From an uncultured archaeon (GTDB lineage Archaea > Asgardarchaeota > Heimdallarchaeia > Heimdallarchaeales > Kariarchaeaceae): a stretch of DNA of 47,875 nt. Made by a program: the position numbers and the translations under genes. How positions within the stretch are numbered: the stretch's first letter is position 1; each line of letters opens with the position of its first letter. Under the pieces are notes generated by a model that saw only the letters and a list, made by a program, of their open reading frames with translations, was not told where the DNA came from and made no database searches. Location of the stretch: positions 1 through 47,875 of the forward strand of contig CAZYCQ010000021.1 in NCBI GenBank assembly GCA_964645535.1, given 5' to 3'. Below, in pieces: positions 8,440 through 18,037 of this stretch.

Positions 8440-9612
8440 TCATTTCAATAGATGATCCAATTCGTTTTCACGAATGAAGGCCTCAATTCTGTCGACGATC
8501 TGCTTGAGTTCATTTGCAGATGCTGACAATTCTTCCATGGCTGAGCTCATTTCCTCTGAGGTAGATGCGACTTCCTCGGAAGACGCTGCGGTTTCTTCGG
8601 ACAGGGCGGATACCTCTTCTATCTTGAACCTGATGTCATCAAAAGCTGATTTCAGGGTCTGTGTCACAACATCTGAAACAGAGATGATATTTTCAGCAGC
8701 CTTTTTGGATTCGTCCGAAAGTCGTCTTACATTTTCGGCAACGACTGCAAATCCTCTTCCATAATCTCCCGCCCTGCTGGCTTCGATTCCTGCGTTCAAT
8801 GCGAGAATATTGGTCTGGAGAGCTATCTGGCTTACAACCTCTGAATTCTCTTGAATCTGGGAGATGATGTTGGTTATTGCTTGGTCAAGGTACTGGAGCT
8901 TGTCAACAATTTCCTGGACATGTTGTGCCTGTTGATTGGCCACGTCAGACATGGATTGGCTTGATGAGGCAACTTCTTCAGAAGATGCAGAAATCTCATC
9001 AGAAACAGAAGAGAGTTCATTGGCTGCCGAGATGATCTCATTTGTGGCATTCAGGTTTTCAACTAGTTTTCCAGTCAGATCAATGGCCTCATTCAACGCA
9101 TTAATGATTTTTCCAAAAGTCCTATCTTTAAGGGAATTCGGGTCAGTAATTCTGACTGAATACCTTCCTTCTTTCAATGCAGTGGAAATCCTGTCCACAT
9201 TTCGCAAATGCATGTCAACATCATGAAGCATATTGAAAAATGCACCCAATCCGCCTAGAAACATGAAAAGCAGGAGGATAAGGTAGGTAATAACGCCATC
9301 TGTCGTTAAGGATCCAACAGTTTCTGCAAAACTGATATAAGTAACACTAGTGACTGCTGCGATAATTAGGAAATGGAATACTAATCGAGAACGAAAGTCA
9401 TTCCATCCGATGACATAAGCCAAAAGGATTGCAGATACTATCCCTACTACTGTGCTGGCAAGGAAATGAATTCTCCACACCTCTGCTGCAATTCCCAAAA
9501 ATGGATCAATCCCTATGATGTTGGAAATAATGAACGGTGAAAGGACGTAAATCACACCAATAATTTCCAAAACATACCAAATTCTCGGTCGTGCAATGCT
9601 TTTTTCCGACAT
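8440..9612 (-). CDS. Methyl-accepting chemotaxis protein (about 4 TM, HAMP-like linker, short signalling domain)
   Basis: Hairpin tip [36 protein letters not shown]; SSEE methylation-type heptads. Confidence 0.92.
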   Translation of the reverse strand: MSEKSIARPRIWYVLEIIGVIYVLSPFIISNIIGIDPFLGIAAEVWRIHFLASTVVGIVSAILLAYVIGWNDFRSRLVFHFLIIAAVTSVTYISFAETVGSLTTDGVITYLILLLFMFLGGLGAFFNMLHDVDMHLRNVDRISTALKEGRYSVRITDPNSLKDRTFGKIINALNEAIDLTGKLVENLNATNEIISAANELSSVSDEISASSEEVASSSQSMSDVANQQAQHVQEIVDKLQYLDQAITNIISQIQENSEVVSQIALQTNILALNAGIEASRAGDYGRGFAVVAENVRRLSDESKKAAENIISVSDVVTQTLKSAFDDIRFKIEEVSALSEETAASSEEVASTSEEMSSAMEELSASANELKQIVDRIEAFIRENELDHLLK

Positions 9613-9768
9613 ATTGATACACCAGACAGAGTATGAAATGCTTTTGTGTTATTTTAGCTTTTCGTGCAAAATCAGTTGATTTCGAAAGATTCTCTACATG
9701 ATTTGACATTGGATTGGTTGACTGATGGTTACAAAAATTAGATAAAGGATGGATGGATACAATTCCCT

Positions 9769-10338
9769 ATGAGTGTTTCCTCTGCCAATTACATGGCGAA
9801 GATCGTTCTCTTGGGCGATGGGGCGGTTGGAAAAACAAGTTTGCGAAGGATGTACTTGGGCAAGGGATTCAATCAATCTCATCTGATGACGATCGGCGCA
9901 GATTTTGCCACCACGAATATTCAAATTGGAGATGAAGTTCTTAATACACAGATTTGGGATATTGCCGGTCAGCAGAATTTCAAGATGATTCGTCAACGGT
10001 TTTTGGTAGGCTCTCATGGAGCCATGATTGTATATGACGTGACCCGTCCTTCTTCTTTCCATAATCTCTCCTCTTGGTTGAATGAACTGTGGACAACAAA
10101 CAGAAGAACTGACATCCCTCTTCTCTTCATCGGAAACAAGACCGACTTGGTTAATCAGAGAAAAGTGTCCAAGAAAGAGGCGGAAAAGTTTGTAAATGAA
10201 GTTCGCCTTCATCCGAGACTCAGAGGTGTCCCTATCCTATACATTGAAACCTCTGCAAAAATGGGGGAGAACGTAGTTGAGGCATTCCAGCTTTTGGGGA
10301 AGGAAATTGTTTCCAAATTCAAGGCTCGAAGGCTATGA
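9769..10338 (+). CDS. Rab-like small GTPase (Ras superfamily)
   Basis: G1 GDGAVGKT, G2 TIGADF, G3 WDIAGQ, G4 NKTD, G5 ETSAK; no C-terminal Cys. Confidence 0.95.
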   Translation: MSVSSANYMAKIVLLGDGAVGKTSLRRMYLGKGFNQSHLMTIGADFATTNIQIGDEVLNTQIWDIAGQQNFKMIRQRFLVGSHGAMIVYDVTRPSSFHNLSSWLNELWTTNRRTDIPLLFIGNKTDLVNQRKVSKKEAEKFVNEVRLHPRLRGVPILYIETSAKMGENVVEAFQLLGKEIVSKFKARRL

Positions 10339-10410
10339 TCTCAAAATGGGATAATAGAGGACTTATCAAAAAGCTACACTTAAAAGGGTTCAAAATAGGA
10401 AATCCATGTA

Positions 10411-13400
10411 ATGATACGGCAATTCTTGTTGATTTTCCTGATAATGGGTACTTTAATTCCTTTGAGTGGCAATATCTCATCAAAACAGCAGCTTTTCACT
10501 GAAAATGGCAATGAAGATGTGACACGATTTCTGGAAACACAGGAATTGCCTCATGACGCATCTGGACGTTTGATTGTGGTCAGTCGGATTTCTCAACGAA
10601 TGACTTACGATATCGTTCCTCCTATGAAGATCGGAAATTACTATCTGCATTTTGTTGAAGGTACGACTAAGCGGGTGATCAATTCCATCCTTTTCAGCGA
10701 CCCTGATGCAACGATTCTTTTCGACAGAAAGGTTGATTTCAATTCGGGAAGGGAAACTGGAAAGTTTCGGCAGACTAGCTTTGTGGCCAAGGAGCTCATG
10801 GGGATTGAAGATGCATGGAACTCCTACAATGTGAGTGGAAATGGGGTTGTGCTAGGAATAACCGACTCGGGTGTTGATTTTGGCCATTCAGATTTAAGCG
10901 ATTCTCCAAGACTTCTAGAATCCGGAATTACTGCATCGTTTGATCCTACCGGATTTGGTGCGGCACCGACTTCACTGACGCTTCAACCAACAGTTGTTTC
11001 AGGTGTAACTGTTCTTCCCTTGGAAGGCAAAAATCTTACCCTTAACTTGGGAGAGGAAGGAGGTACAGCACAGAGCTCAGAGCTTGGAATAACATTGGAA
11101 AACCTAGATATCTCCAATATTGCGGACCGTTCCAAATCCGGGAATTTCAAAGTTGGAATGATGTACCAACCTGGAGAAATTCGTCAGGTTTTCCTTTTTG
11201 TCTTGGTAGACACCCAAAGTGCAGGAATCTATGATGAACTTTGGGTTGATTTATCGACGAGTCTAGGTCTCTCCCTTGCACTAAACGGGATTATTTTCGA
11301 AGTAGGTAGGTTCTATCGAGAATTGGTGGATTGGTCGTTGGTGGATGAGGAACCATTTGGACCTGGAAAACCAGTAATTGCCAAGGACATTAATGGTGAC
11401 GGATATAACGATGTTTCAATGGGAGCCTTGGCTACAGTTCTTGATCTTTCTGGATTGGTTAATGGTGGATATATCCGTGGAATTGATCCTGAAGGGCGTG
11501 GCATAGGTGTTATGTACGACGCCATTGGTCATGGCACTCAAGTGGCAAGTGCCGCAGCAGGAAGAGGTAAAGTTCCTATTCAAATTTATGACAACTTTAC
11601 CACTGCCGATGAGATTGAAAATTCCACCATCTACTATCTTCCAGGTTCGGCACCCAATGCCAGCATTATTGTTACAAAAGGGATCCAAATCACGGATTTC
11701 CTTCTTGGGTGGTTTTGGTTGGCCGGTTTGGAGCCGGTTCTGAGTGAAACAGGTGGTTGGACAATTGACAAGGAACATCTTGCCGATTTATCCTCGAATT
11801 CATGGGGTGACGGATCCATAGGTGCACAATTGAAAGGAATGGATACTCTTTCATTCCTGTTAGATGCCCTGAGCACTCCTGATATATTTTCGGAAATCGA
11901 TTTCGGAGTGACCTATCCTGATTATCCGGGTTTGATTTTCTTTGTAGCCTCTGGTAATGGTGGTCCTGGATTTGGGACTATTGCAACTCCAGGAACTGCA
12001 GTTGCTGCAATCACCATTGGTGCATCAACGAGTTTTCATCCACAAAAAAATAAAGGACGGAATGACATTGCCTTATTTAGCTCCAACGGACCTACTCCAT
12101 TAGGTATTGTCAAACCAGACTTAGTGGCTCTTGGAAGTTTTGGTTTTACTGCCAAAGTTCTGATCTTAGGAAGTGGAAACGGAACCTTGGCCGCAGGGGA
12201 ATTTGGTGGAACGAGTGAAGCTACACCTAGGGCTGCCGGGATAGGTGCTCTTGTGATTGAGGCATTGAAAAAGAATGGAAAAACTCCTACATTGAATGAG
12301 CTTAAGGTAAGGCTTAAATCCACGGCTCAAGATCTTTATTTCCCTAGCAACATGCAGGGTGCAGGATTGATCAATGCTTATCAAGCAGTCTCGACAGTTT
12401 ATAGGGATGATTATCTGCTTGTCAAAGATTCTGCTTCACCACAATTTCTTGGAAAGGAACTGTCCCCTGCTTTTCAAAGCATCTTCAACAGTCCTCATCC
12501 TATGGCCAATGGTGGTTTCGAAGATTCCTCCATTTATGGATATCCTGAAACCTTTGAAAAAGGACGAATGTTGACTATTGAGACTTCAAATGGAAGCGTT
12601 CCTACCGTAGGAATGGTTTCTGTGGTACATCTGGAAGAAACTGGTTCTTTTTCATATTCTTTCACCACCAGCCTTTCCTCCGAAGGAGTGTATCCAATCA
12701 CATCCATTCCCTCATCAATACTTGATGCGGATTTCATGGTAATTTCAATCGGAATGACTGAGGAATCTTATTCTGCTCTTCAAGATGCAGGATTGCTCCC
12801 CCCTAGTATGTCTCTTATTGATTCTGAAACGGGGCGGATCGTTGATGAATCCTTTTCCACTGCCTACTCGCAGCAATTGTATTCAGGCAATCCACAAGAA
12901 GATTTTGTTTCCTCTCCTGCGATTGTTTTGGAGGACCCTGGTTTTGTATCCAACGTCCCATTTTGGGAAGGTCTAACCTATGAATTGACCGTGTATGGTT
13001 ATTCCCGGATTCCCTCAACAGATTTCAATGTGACGCAGGTCGGTAACGTTTTCAATATTTCCGCAGATCCTGATCCTATTTATCAACTTCACATGCTGGA
13101 AATCAAGCAACCCTTTGGTTCAGTTTACCTTCCATTAACTGTATTGGACTTGAACCATGTAGGCTATGGTAGCAATGCGGATATAATTGGTGATGAATAC
13201 AGGCAACATCAATTCTATCCGCAGAATTCCACTTACGGTGCTTTCAATTGGTTTGGAAATACCGCTAGACCAGAAGCAGGAGATTATCGTTTCTATACAC
13301 TCGAGGTTCCTAGCAATGCGACTTTTCTTGCCATCAGATTAAGCTGGAATCAAAGCAATTTAGTGCCAAATCTTTATCTCTATGATTCCAAGGGAGTCTT

Positions 13401-14628
13401 GGTTACGCAGAGCAAGACGGACTATGTTGGAGGTGGATTTTACAGAAGCGAGACATCTGAACCAAATGCACAGAATCTGTTCATTGAAGTAAATGATACA
13501 CGATATTATTTGATGGCTCACTTTGTCGAAACTCCTTTTGGTTCAGGTCCCTATCCATTCCAGTTGATTGCAAGATATCTTACCATAAGTGAAATTCCAA
13601 GACCGAAAACCGTCTTTTCGCAGGATTTAGGAAACCCTGTTTCAGGAACTCTTGGGATTTCCGCCACAAACTATTCCGTAAACGAGTTTCCAGAACTGAA
13701 AATTGATGAAATTACTGTTCAAATATACAAGGGAAGAAATGGAACAATTGAAGGTAATCTTCCAGTTGATAGCCTTTCCGATGCGCCGTTCACTCCTGAA
13801 TATTTTGTTCCTATTGAGTTTCAAGCAGGTGAAAAGGGTGCAATTGGATTGTTCTGGTTCAATAAGGATTACGATCTTGATCTTTACCTTTTCCCAGCGG
13901 ATCAAACAGGGCTGTTGGATAATGATGTTCTTTCACGACAAGGAACACGACCTGGGGCTACAAACGAAACCGCGGCTTTCTCCATTGATCGAACAACTAC
14001 CTATCTTGTAATGGTAGATTTTGCAGGAGGCGAAGTTCCCTCCCAACCCATAGATTTCATTATTATTTATGACACCCGTAAAGGTCCTTCATTTCGAGCC
14101 TCTGATAATGAAATCCAGATAGATACTGCCTCATTTGAAAACGATAACTTTGGGATCTGGATTGAATACGGAACCAATTTCGGGCTTGACTTTCAGGAAA
14201 TTGCAGAGGCTAGCTTTTCAAATTATGTCAACTTCACCTCCACACTAATCTCTCCGATTGAAGGGGATGTGTTGAATGGGCTGGTGAATGTTGAATGGGC
14301 TTCAAGCGTGAATACCACTGCCTTTTTCTATTTGGAAAAAGAAAAAGTTTCTACATTCCTCGGATCATCTGATACTTCGTCGTTCACTTTCGACAGTACG
14401 GCATTCCAAAATGGTGAATATGTCCTGCATGTTATCATCACTGACGGTATCTTCGTTCATGAATATCGGAGAGGGATTGTATTGCAGAACAGCGAATTCT
14501 CGACTCTTCCTCCATTCGAAACCGAATCCAGCACACGACCGATTCCATTGATGCTATTTTCCGTGATGAGCGGATTACTAGTTACTTCCGTAATTCTTGG
14601 GAGAAAAAAAGGCCAACGTCAGGCTTGA
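10411..14628 (+). CDS. Large surface-anchored S8 subtilisin-like serine protease (pyrolysin-like)
   Basis: Signal peptide; Asp (ITDSGVD), His (GHGTQVA), oxyanion Asn (ASGNGG), Ser (GTSEATP); ~215-aa insert between Asp and His; C-terminal beta domains; PIP-TM-RKK tail. Confidence 0.92.
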   Translation: MIRQFLLIFLIMGTLIPLSGNISSKQQLFTENGNEDVTRFLETQELPHDASGRLIVVSRISQRMTYDIVPPMKIGNYYLHFVEGTTKRVINSILFSDPDATILFDRKVDFNSGRETGKFRQTSFVAKELMGIEDAWNSYNVSGNGVVLGITDSGVDFGHSDLSDSPRLLESGITASFDPTGFGAAPTSLTLQPTVVSGVTVLPLEGKNLTLNLGEEGGTAQSSELGITLENLDISNIADRSKSGNFKVGMMYQPGEIRQVFLFVLVDTQSAGIYDELWVDLSTSLGLSLALNGIIFEVGRFYRELVDWSLVDEEPFGPGKPVIAKDINGDGYNDVSMGALATVLDLSGLVNGGYIRGIDPEGRGIGVMYDAIGHGTQVASAAAGRGKVPIQIYDNFTTADEIENSTIYYLPGSAPNASIIVTKGIQITDFLLGWFWLAGLEPVLSETGGWTIDKEHLADLSSNSWGDGSIGAQLKGMDTLSFLLDALSTPDIFSEIDFGVTYPDYPGLIFFVASGNGGPGFGTIATPGTAVAAITIGASTSFHPQKNKGRNDIALFSSNGPTPLGIVKPDLVALGSFGFTAKVLILGSGNGTLAAGEFGGTSEATPRAAGIGALVIEALKKNGKTPTLNELKVRLKSTAQDLYFPSNMQGAGLINAYQAVSTVYRDDYLLVKDSASPQFLGKELSPAFQSIFNSPHPMANGGFEDSSIYGYPETFEKGRMLTIETSNGSVPTVGMVSVVHLEETGSFSYSFTTSLSSEGVYPITSIPSSILDADFMVISIGMTEESYSALQDAGLLPPSMSLIDSETGRIVDESFSTAYSQQLYSGNPQEDFVSSPAIVLEDPGFVSNVPFWEGLTYELTVYGYSRIPSTDFNVTQVGNVFNISADPDPIYQLHMLEIKQPFGSVYLPLTVLDLNHVGYGSNADIIGDEYRQHQFYPQNSTYGAFNWFGNTARPEAGDYRFYTLEVPSNATFLAIRLSWNQSNLVPNLYLYDSKGVLVTQSKTDYVGGGFYRSETSEPNAQNLFIEVNDTRYYLMAHFVETPFGSGPYPFQLIARYLTISEIPRPKTVFSQDLGNPVSGTLGISATNYSVNEFPELKIDEITVQIYKGRNGTIEGNLPVDSLSDAPFTPEYFVPIEFQAGEKGAIGLFWFNKDYDLDLYLFPADQTGLLDNDVLSRQGTRPGATNETAAFSIDRTTTYLVMVDFAGGEVPSQPIDFIIIYDTRKGPSFRASDNEIQIDTASFENDNFGIWIEYGTNFGLDFQEIAEASFSNYVNFTSTLISPIEGDVLNGLVNVEWASSVNTTAFFYLEKEKVSTFLGSSDTSSFTFDSTAFQNGEYVLHVIITDGIFVHEYRRGIVLQNSEFSTLPPFETESSTRPIPLMLFSVMSGLLVTSVILGRKKGQRQA

Positions 14629-14664
14629 ACACAAAATGTTAATTAGGATGCGTCTTGTATTTAA

Positions 14665-15105
14665 TTGAAAGTGCTTAATGAAACCCAACGTTCTTTATTG
14701 AGTATCTTGCAGGATGAGACTCGATGCAAGATCCTAGAAGAACTTTCTGAGCAGCCTTGTCCTCCTGATCGCTTAGTTGAAGTGACAGGTGTTTCAAGAA
14801 CTGCTGTTGAGAAACATCTGAAGCTTCTTCTCTTCCACAACCTGATTGAACGCAGGGCTCAAAGCTTCCCTCGGCTAAGGTACATCTATTCCATAACATA
14901 CGAAGGAGAGATACTTCTATCGGGAATTTCAAATGTAACAGATATCTTCATTGAATCAAGCCTTTCAAAATGGGAAGAGGAATTGACGCAAATTGAACAA
15001 GGGTTTGTGTATGGGGTCATTCAAAAGGATGAATATGATAAATTGAAAAAAGACTATCAGGCCAAAATTTCTGGATTTAAGAAGGGGATTCCGAATGACA
15101 ACTGA
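14665..15105 (+). CDS. ArsR-like winged-HTH transcription regulator
   Basis: DETRCKILEEL...GVSRTAVEKHLKLL...LIER...YSIT-G; TTG start. Confidence 0.8.
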   Translation: MKVLNETQRSLLSILQDETRCKILEELSEQPCPPDRLVEVTGVSRTAVEKHLKLLLFHNLIERRAQSFPRLRYIYSITYEGEILLSGISNVTDIFIESSLSKWEEELTQIEQGFVYGVIQKDEYDKLKKDYQAKISGFKKGIPNDN

Positions 15106-15916
15106 CCATATTGAATATTGGGTGTCCAGTTTCTTGCCGAGGATACGAGACTATCTAGGACTTGACGATTCTGATAGGGTTCTCCTAAAGCGTTATGCCG
15201 AGATTGGGAGCCGTAATACACTCGACCAAGAACAAGTTTTCAATTCGATTGTGCATTTGGTTCCTAAAAAGAATAAGGGATCCCTTGTCTTTGGTGCTGC
15301 TGAAAATTTGGTCTCTCAGGTCAGAATTATTCAGGATTTTCAAGAGCCATCTCTTGCAGACACCGTCCTGATTTCCGCAGATGGGGCAACCCGCTTGCTT
15401 CTCAAAAAAGGCTTGGTGCCTGATATCATGTTTACCGACCTTGATTGCGGTTTGGATTTGGTGGAAACTGCTATTAATGAAGAAATTTGGGTCTTCATAC
15501 TTTTGCATCCTGATAATGTGGCACTCTTTGATGAATTTCTTGAAATGTCCATGGATGGTAAGGTGGTCTTCTGTACACAAGATACTCCAATCCATGGGTT
15601 TGTCAATACATTCGGCTTCACAGATGGTGATCGGGCGACCAGTTTCTCTGTACTTTCTGGTTTAAAGACTCTTACCGTTGGATTTGATCTTGATGGACTA
15701 CCAGGTTTCTATTCTGTGCAATCAAAGAAGGTAAATTTAGACTATGTGGTGATGAAACACAAAAAACTAACTGTAGCCAAGGAAGTTCTTTCTTATCTTG
15801 CAAATCAAGGAATGCTTTATACTTTTGACGAGAAGCTCGCGCCAGGAATAGAACTTGAAGGAGGAAATTCAGAAGCTAAATTGGCATATTTTTTCAGCTT
15901 GATTGATTCAACTTGA
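15095..15916 (+). CDS. mptE: 6-hydroxymethyl-7,8-dihydropterin pyrophosphokinase (archaeal MptE type)
   Basis: ADGA, PDIMFTDLD, HPDN, TQ, FGFTDGDRA, GFD and K-KKL motifs. Confidence 0.82.
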   Translation: MTTDHIEYWVSSFLPRIRDYLGLDDSDRVLLKRYAEIGSRNTLDQEQVFNSIVHLVPKKNKGSLVFGAAENLVSQVRIIQDFQEPSLADTVLISADGATRLLLKKGLVPDIMFTDLDCGLDLVETAINEEIWVFILLHPDNVALFDEFLEMSMDGKVVFCTQDTPIHGFVNTFGFTDGDRATSFSVLSGLKTLTVGFDLDGLPGFYSVQSKKVNLDYVVMKHKKLTVAKEVLSYLANQGMLYTFDEKLAPGIELEGGNSEAKLAYFFSLIDST

Positions 15917-15987
15917 AAAAGGGGTTCAATCTTTATCAATTGATGAAAAAGGCTTAATATAATCGATTAACTAACACCATTTAAGAA

Positions 15988-16557
15988 ATGACTCAGAATT
16001 ATTTCCTAAAGATAAGCCTTCTTGGTGATGGCGCCGTAGGCAAGACCAGCTTACGAGAGCGGTTCATGGGTCGGGGATTCCGTAAGGAACATATGATGAC
16101 CATAGGGGCTGATTTCGCCAGTTATGAAAGAATGATTGGTGACTATAAGGCTACATTTCAAATTTGGGACATGGCTGGTCAAGAAACATTTCAAAGTATC
16201 CGGTCTCGATTTTTCAGGGGATCGATGGGTGCTCTTTGTGTGTTCGATGTCACTAGACCTGAAAGTTTCATGAACCTTAAAACTTGGATTGAGGAACTTT
16301 GGAAACACAACGGGAGGGGAGTAATTCCAATAACAATATTGGGTAATAAGGCAGATCTTAGGGACAACCATTCTGTCAGTGTTCAACAGGCTGAAGAATA
16401 TGCTAAGGCCATTTCCGCCCATACACAAAAATATGGTTTTCAAGTTCAATACATGGATACCAGTGCAAAAGAAGGATTGAATGTGGAAAGAGCATTTGAT
16501 ACGTTAGGTCTGACAATTATTGAGATGCTCCAAAAAGGAAACTTGAAGATCGGTTAA
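15988..16557 (+). CDS. Rab-like small GTPase (second paralog)
   Basis: GDGAVGKT, TIGADF, WDMAGQE, NKAD, DTSAK; no prenylation motif. Confidence 0.95.
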   Translation: MTQNYFLKISLLGDGAVGKTSLRERFMGRGFRKEHMMTIGADFASYERMIGDYKATFQIWDMAGQETFQSIRSRFFRGSMGALCVFDVTRPESFMNLKTWIEELWKHNGRGVIPITILGNKADLRDNHSVSVQQAEEYAKAISAHTQKYGFQVQYMDTSAKEGLNVERAFDTLGLTIIEMLQKGNLKIG

Positions 16558-17039
16558 AGAAAATCAACTGCTGTGGCAACTGATTTTGAATATTCGCCTG
16601 CTGAAACTTGAATCTTGGTCAGATTCGGATAGTTTGGTCGCAATTCTTCTGTTATCAGTTCAGTTAGATATTCTGAAATGCATTCAACTGTTGAATTTTC
16701 TTTCGGTAACAATGAGACAGTATATCTTGGAAAAACGTATTCACTTTTCGTTGGAAGAACAATTACTTTCACAAAGCCTTCTGTGAATTCTACTGAGAGA
16801 AGAGGGTTTGATTGAGGGATAAACACCGTAAAATTGAACTTTTCAATGATCCTTTTGACGATTGATTTCAATTCCAAAAAATCTACTATCATTGATGATT
16901 CGGTTCGTTTTCCCTCCACCTTGATTCTGATTGAATAAGTGTGACCATGAAGTGGTTCAATTAAGGTTGGAGAAACCACAAAATGTGCACAATTCAAGAC
17001 CAGGTCATCTCTTTGCCAAGTGAGATAATCATTCGTCAC
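16554..17039 (-). CDS. 6-pyruvoyl-tetrahydropterin synthase (QueD/PTPS) family protein with Glu-type (PTPS-III-like) active site
   Basis: AHF...EPLHGHTY, IVDF, STVE motifs; no Cys ahead of HGH. Confidence 0.85.
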   Translation of the reverse strand: MTNDYLTWQRDDLVLNCAHFVVSPTLIEPLHGHTYSIRIKVEGKRTESSMIVDFLELKSIVKRIIEKFNFTVFIPQSNPLLSVEFTEGFVKVIVLPTKSEYVFPRYTVSLLPKENSTVECISEYLTELITEELRPNYPNLTKIQVSAGEYSKSVATAVDFL

Positions 17040-17083
17040 TGAAATTCATCAATTCGAAAAGTTCAATTATGTTTGGTCTAGGG

Positions 17084-17269
17084 TTAAAACTTTTTCTCGT
17101 ATTTAGTGGTCCACTTAAGCTTTCTAGGATTTCTCTTCATTTCCACCAAGGAAACCCTGCATTTCCTGCTACAGAAACTCAAGATTGTTCCATCTGTTCT
17201 TACATAGAACGATCCCGTTGTTCTAGGGATGTCCTTTCCACAAAATGAGCATTTATAGACTCTGATCAT
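17084..17269 (-). CDS. rpl24e: 50S ribosomal protein L24e
   Basis: CSFCG...FCSRKC...RNPRKLKWT. Confidence 0.97.
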   Translation of the reverse strand: MIRVYKCSFCGKDIPRTTGSFYVRTDGTILSFCSRKCRVSLVEMKRNPRKLKWTTKYEKKF

Positions 17270-17271
17270 AC

Positions 17272-17514
17272 CTACCTTCTCCTCATGTTCCTTGCCTCAC
17301 GCTCGGTGTCCTTGAGCATGAGGATGTCTCCCAGTTTGACAGGACCCTTGATGTTTCTTGTCAGGATCCTATTCTTGTCTCTCCCTTCAAGAATTCTTGT
17401 ACGGACTTGGATGACTTCACCTATGGTTGAAGCCCTTCCAACAATCTGAATAACTTCCGCAGGAATGCCATCTTCGGATTCAGACATTCCAACGGGTTGA
17501 TTTTCTTCACTCAT
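17272..17514 (-). CDS. rps28e: 30S ribosomal protein S28e
   Basis: AEVIQIVGR...[21 protein letters not shown]; SD GAGGTGG upstream. Confidence 0.97.
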   Translation of the reverse strand: MSEENQPVGMSESEDGIPAEVIQIVGRASTIGEVIQVRTRILEGRDKNRILTRNIKGPVKLGDILMLKDTEREARNMRRR

Positions 17515-17526
17515 TCAGTTGCCACC

Positions 17527-17871
17527 TCAGTTCAGCTCTTTGATTCTCTCAGCAATGCTTTTGAGAATGCCCTCCGCCTCACCTGCATCAATTATTGCAG
17601 AAGATGCAGTGGGAACGTCAAGTCCTGCTGCCTTTCCGAGAGCTTCTGCAGATGGTACTTCGATGTAGGGTGTGTTTTTCTCCTTTGAAAGGATAGGAAG
17701 GTGGCGAACAATCTCTGGGGGGTTAACGTCCTTGGCAATGAAAACAAGTTTTGCCTTACCCCTCTCGATGTTCTTCGTAACTTCATTTGTTCCTTTCTTG
17801 ATTTTTCCGACTTCTCTTGCTCGTTCAAGCAAAGCGAGTGAATCATTGATTAGATCTTCTGGAAATTCCAT
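17527..17871 (-). CDS. rpl7ae: Ribosomal protein L7Ae (K-turn-binding protein)
   Basis: GKIKKGTNEVTKNIERG...IAKDVNPPEIV.HLP; first gene of the conserved L7Ae-S28e-L24e cluster. Confidence 0.98.
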   Translation of the reverse strand: MEFPEDLINDSLALLERAREVGKIKKGTNEVTKNIERGKAKLVFIAKDVNPPEIVRHLPILSKEKNTPYIEVPSAEALGKAAGLDVPTASSAIIDAGEAEGILKSIAERIKELN

Positions 17872-17878
17872 TTTTAAT

Positions 17879-17925
17879 CTCCTCGGGTAATTTCATTCCT
17901 GTGAAAGTCAATTACCTTCATCAGG
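17879..17925 (-). promoter_or_regulatory. Double K-turn in the rpl7ae 5' UTR covering the SD (autoregulatory element)
   Basis: RNA CCU-GAU-GA-A-GGUAAUU-GA-CUU-UCAC-AGG-AAU-GA-AAUUACC-C-GA-GGAG: 7-bp helix flanked by two tandem G.A motifs with 3-nt bulges; SD GAGGAG at 17884-17879; TATA TTTTAATA at 17954-17947. Confidence 0.8.
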
Positions 17926-18037
17926 TAATTCACAATACAATCTGATTATTAAAAGGAATTTGATAGAATCACCTTTTGAAGAACTTCCTCTTGCTGTCGT
18001 CACAAGCCTTAAAATACAGAGACTCTTCCCTCGAAAT

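Noticed and set aside
10312-10338. C-terminal -RRL of GTPase 1 as a peroxisomal PTS1-like signal
   Set aside because: Not the consensus, absent from the paralog, and no basis for such import in an archaeon.
16554-17039. Annotation as queD
   Set aside because: Lacks the catalytic Cys of CxxxHGH; Glu-type motif and mptE proximity favour PTPS-III, so no gene symbol was given.
17960-18037. N-terminal extensions from upstream TTG/GTG starts (mvk 17960; also 3536, 4574)
   Set aside because: They run through promoter/TATA regions or upstream genes; family homology, SD or TATA spacing point to the downstream ATGs.
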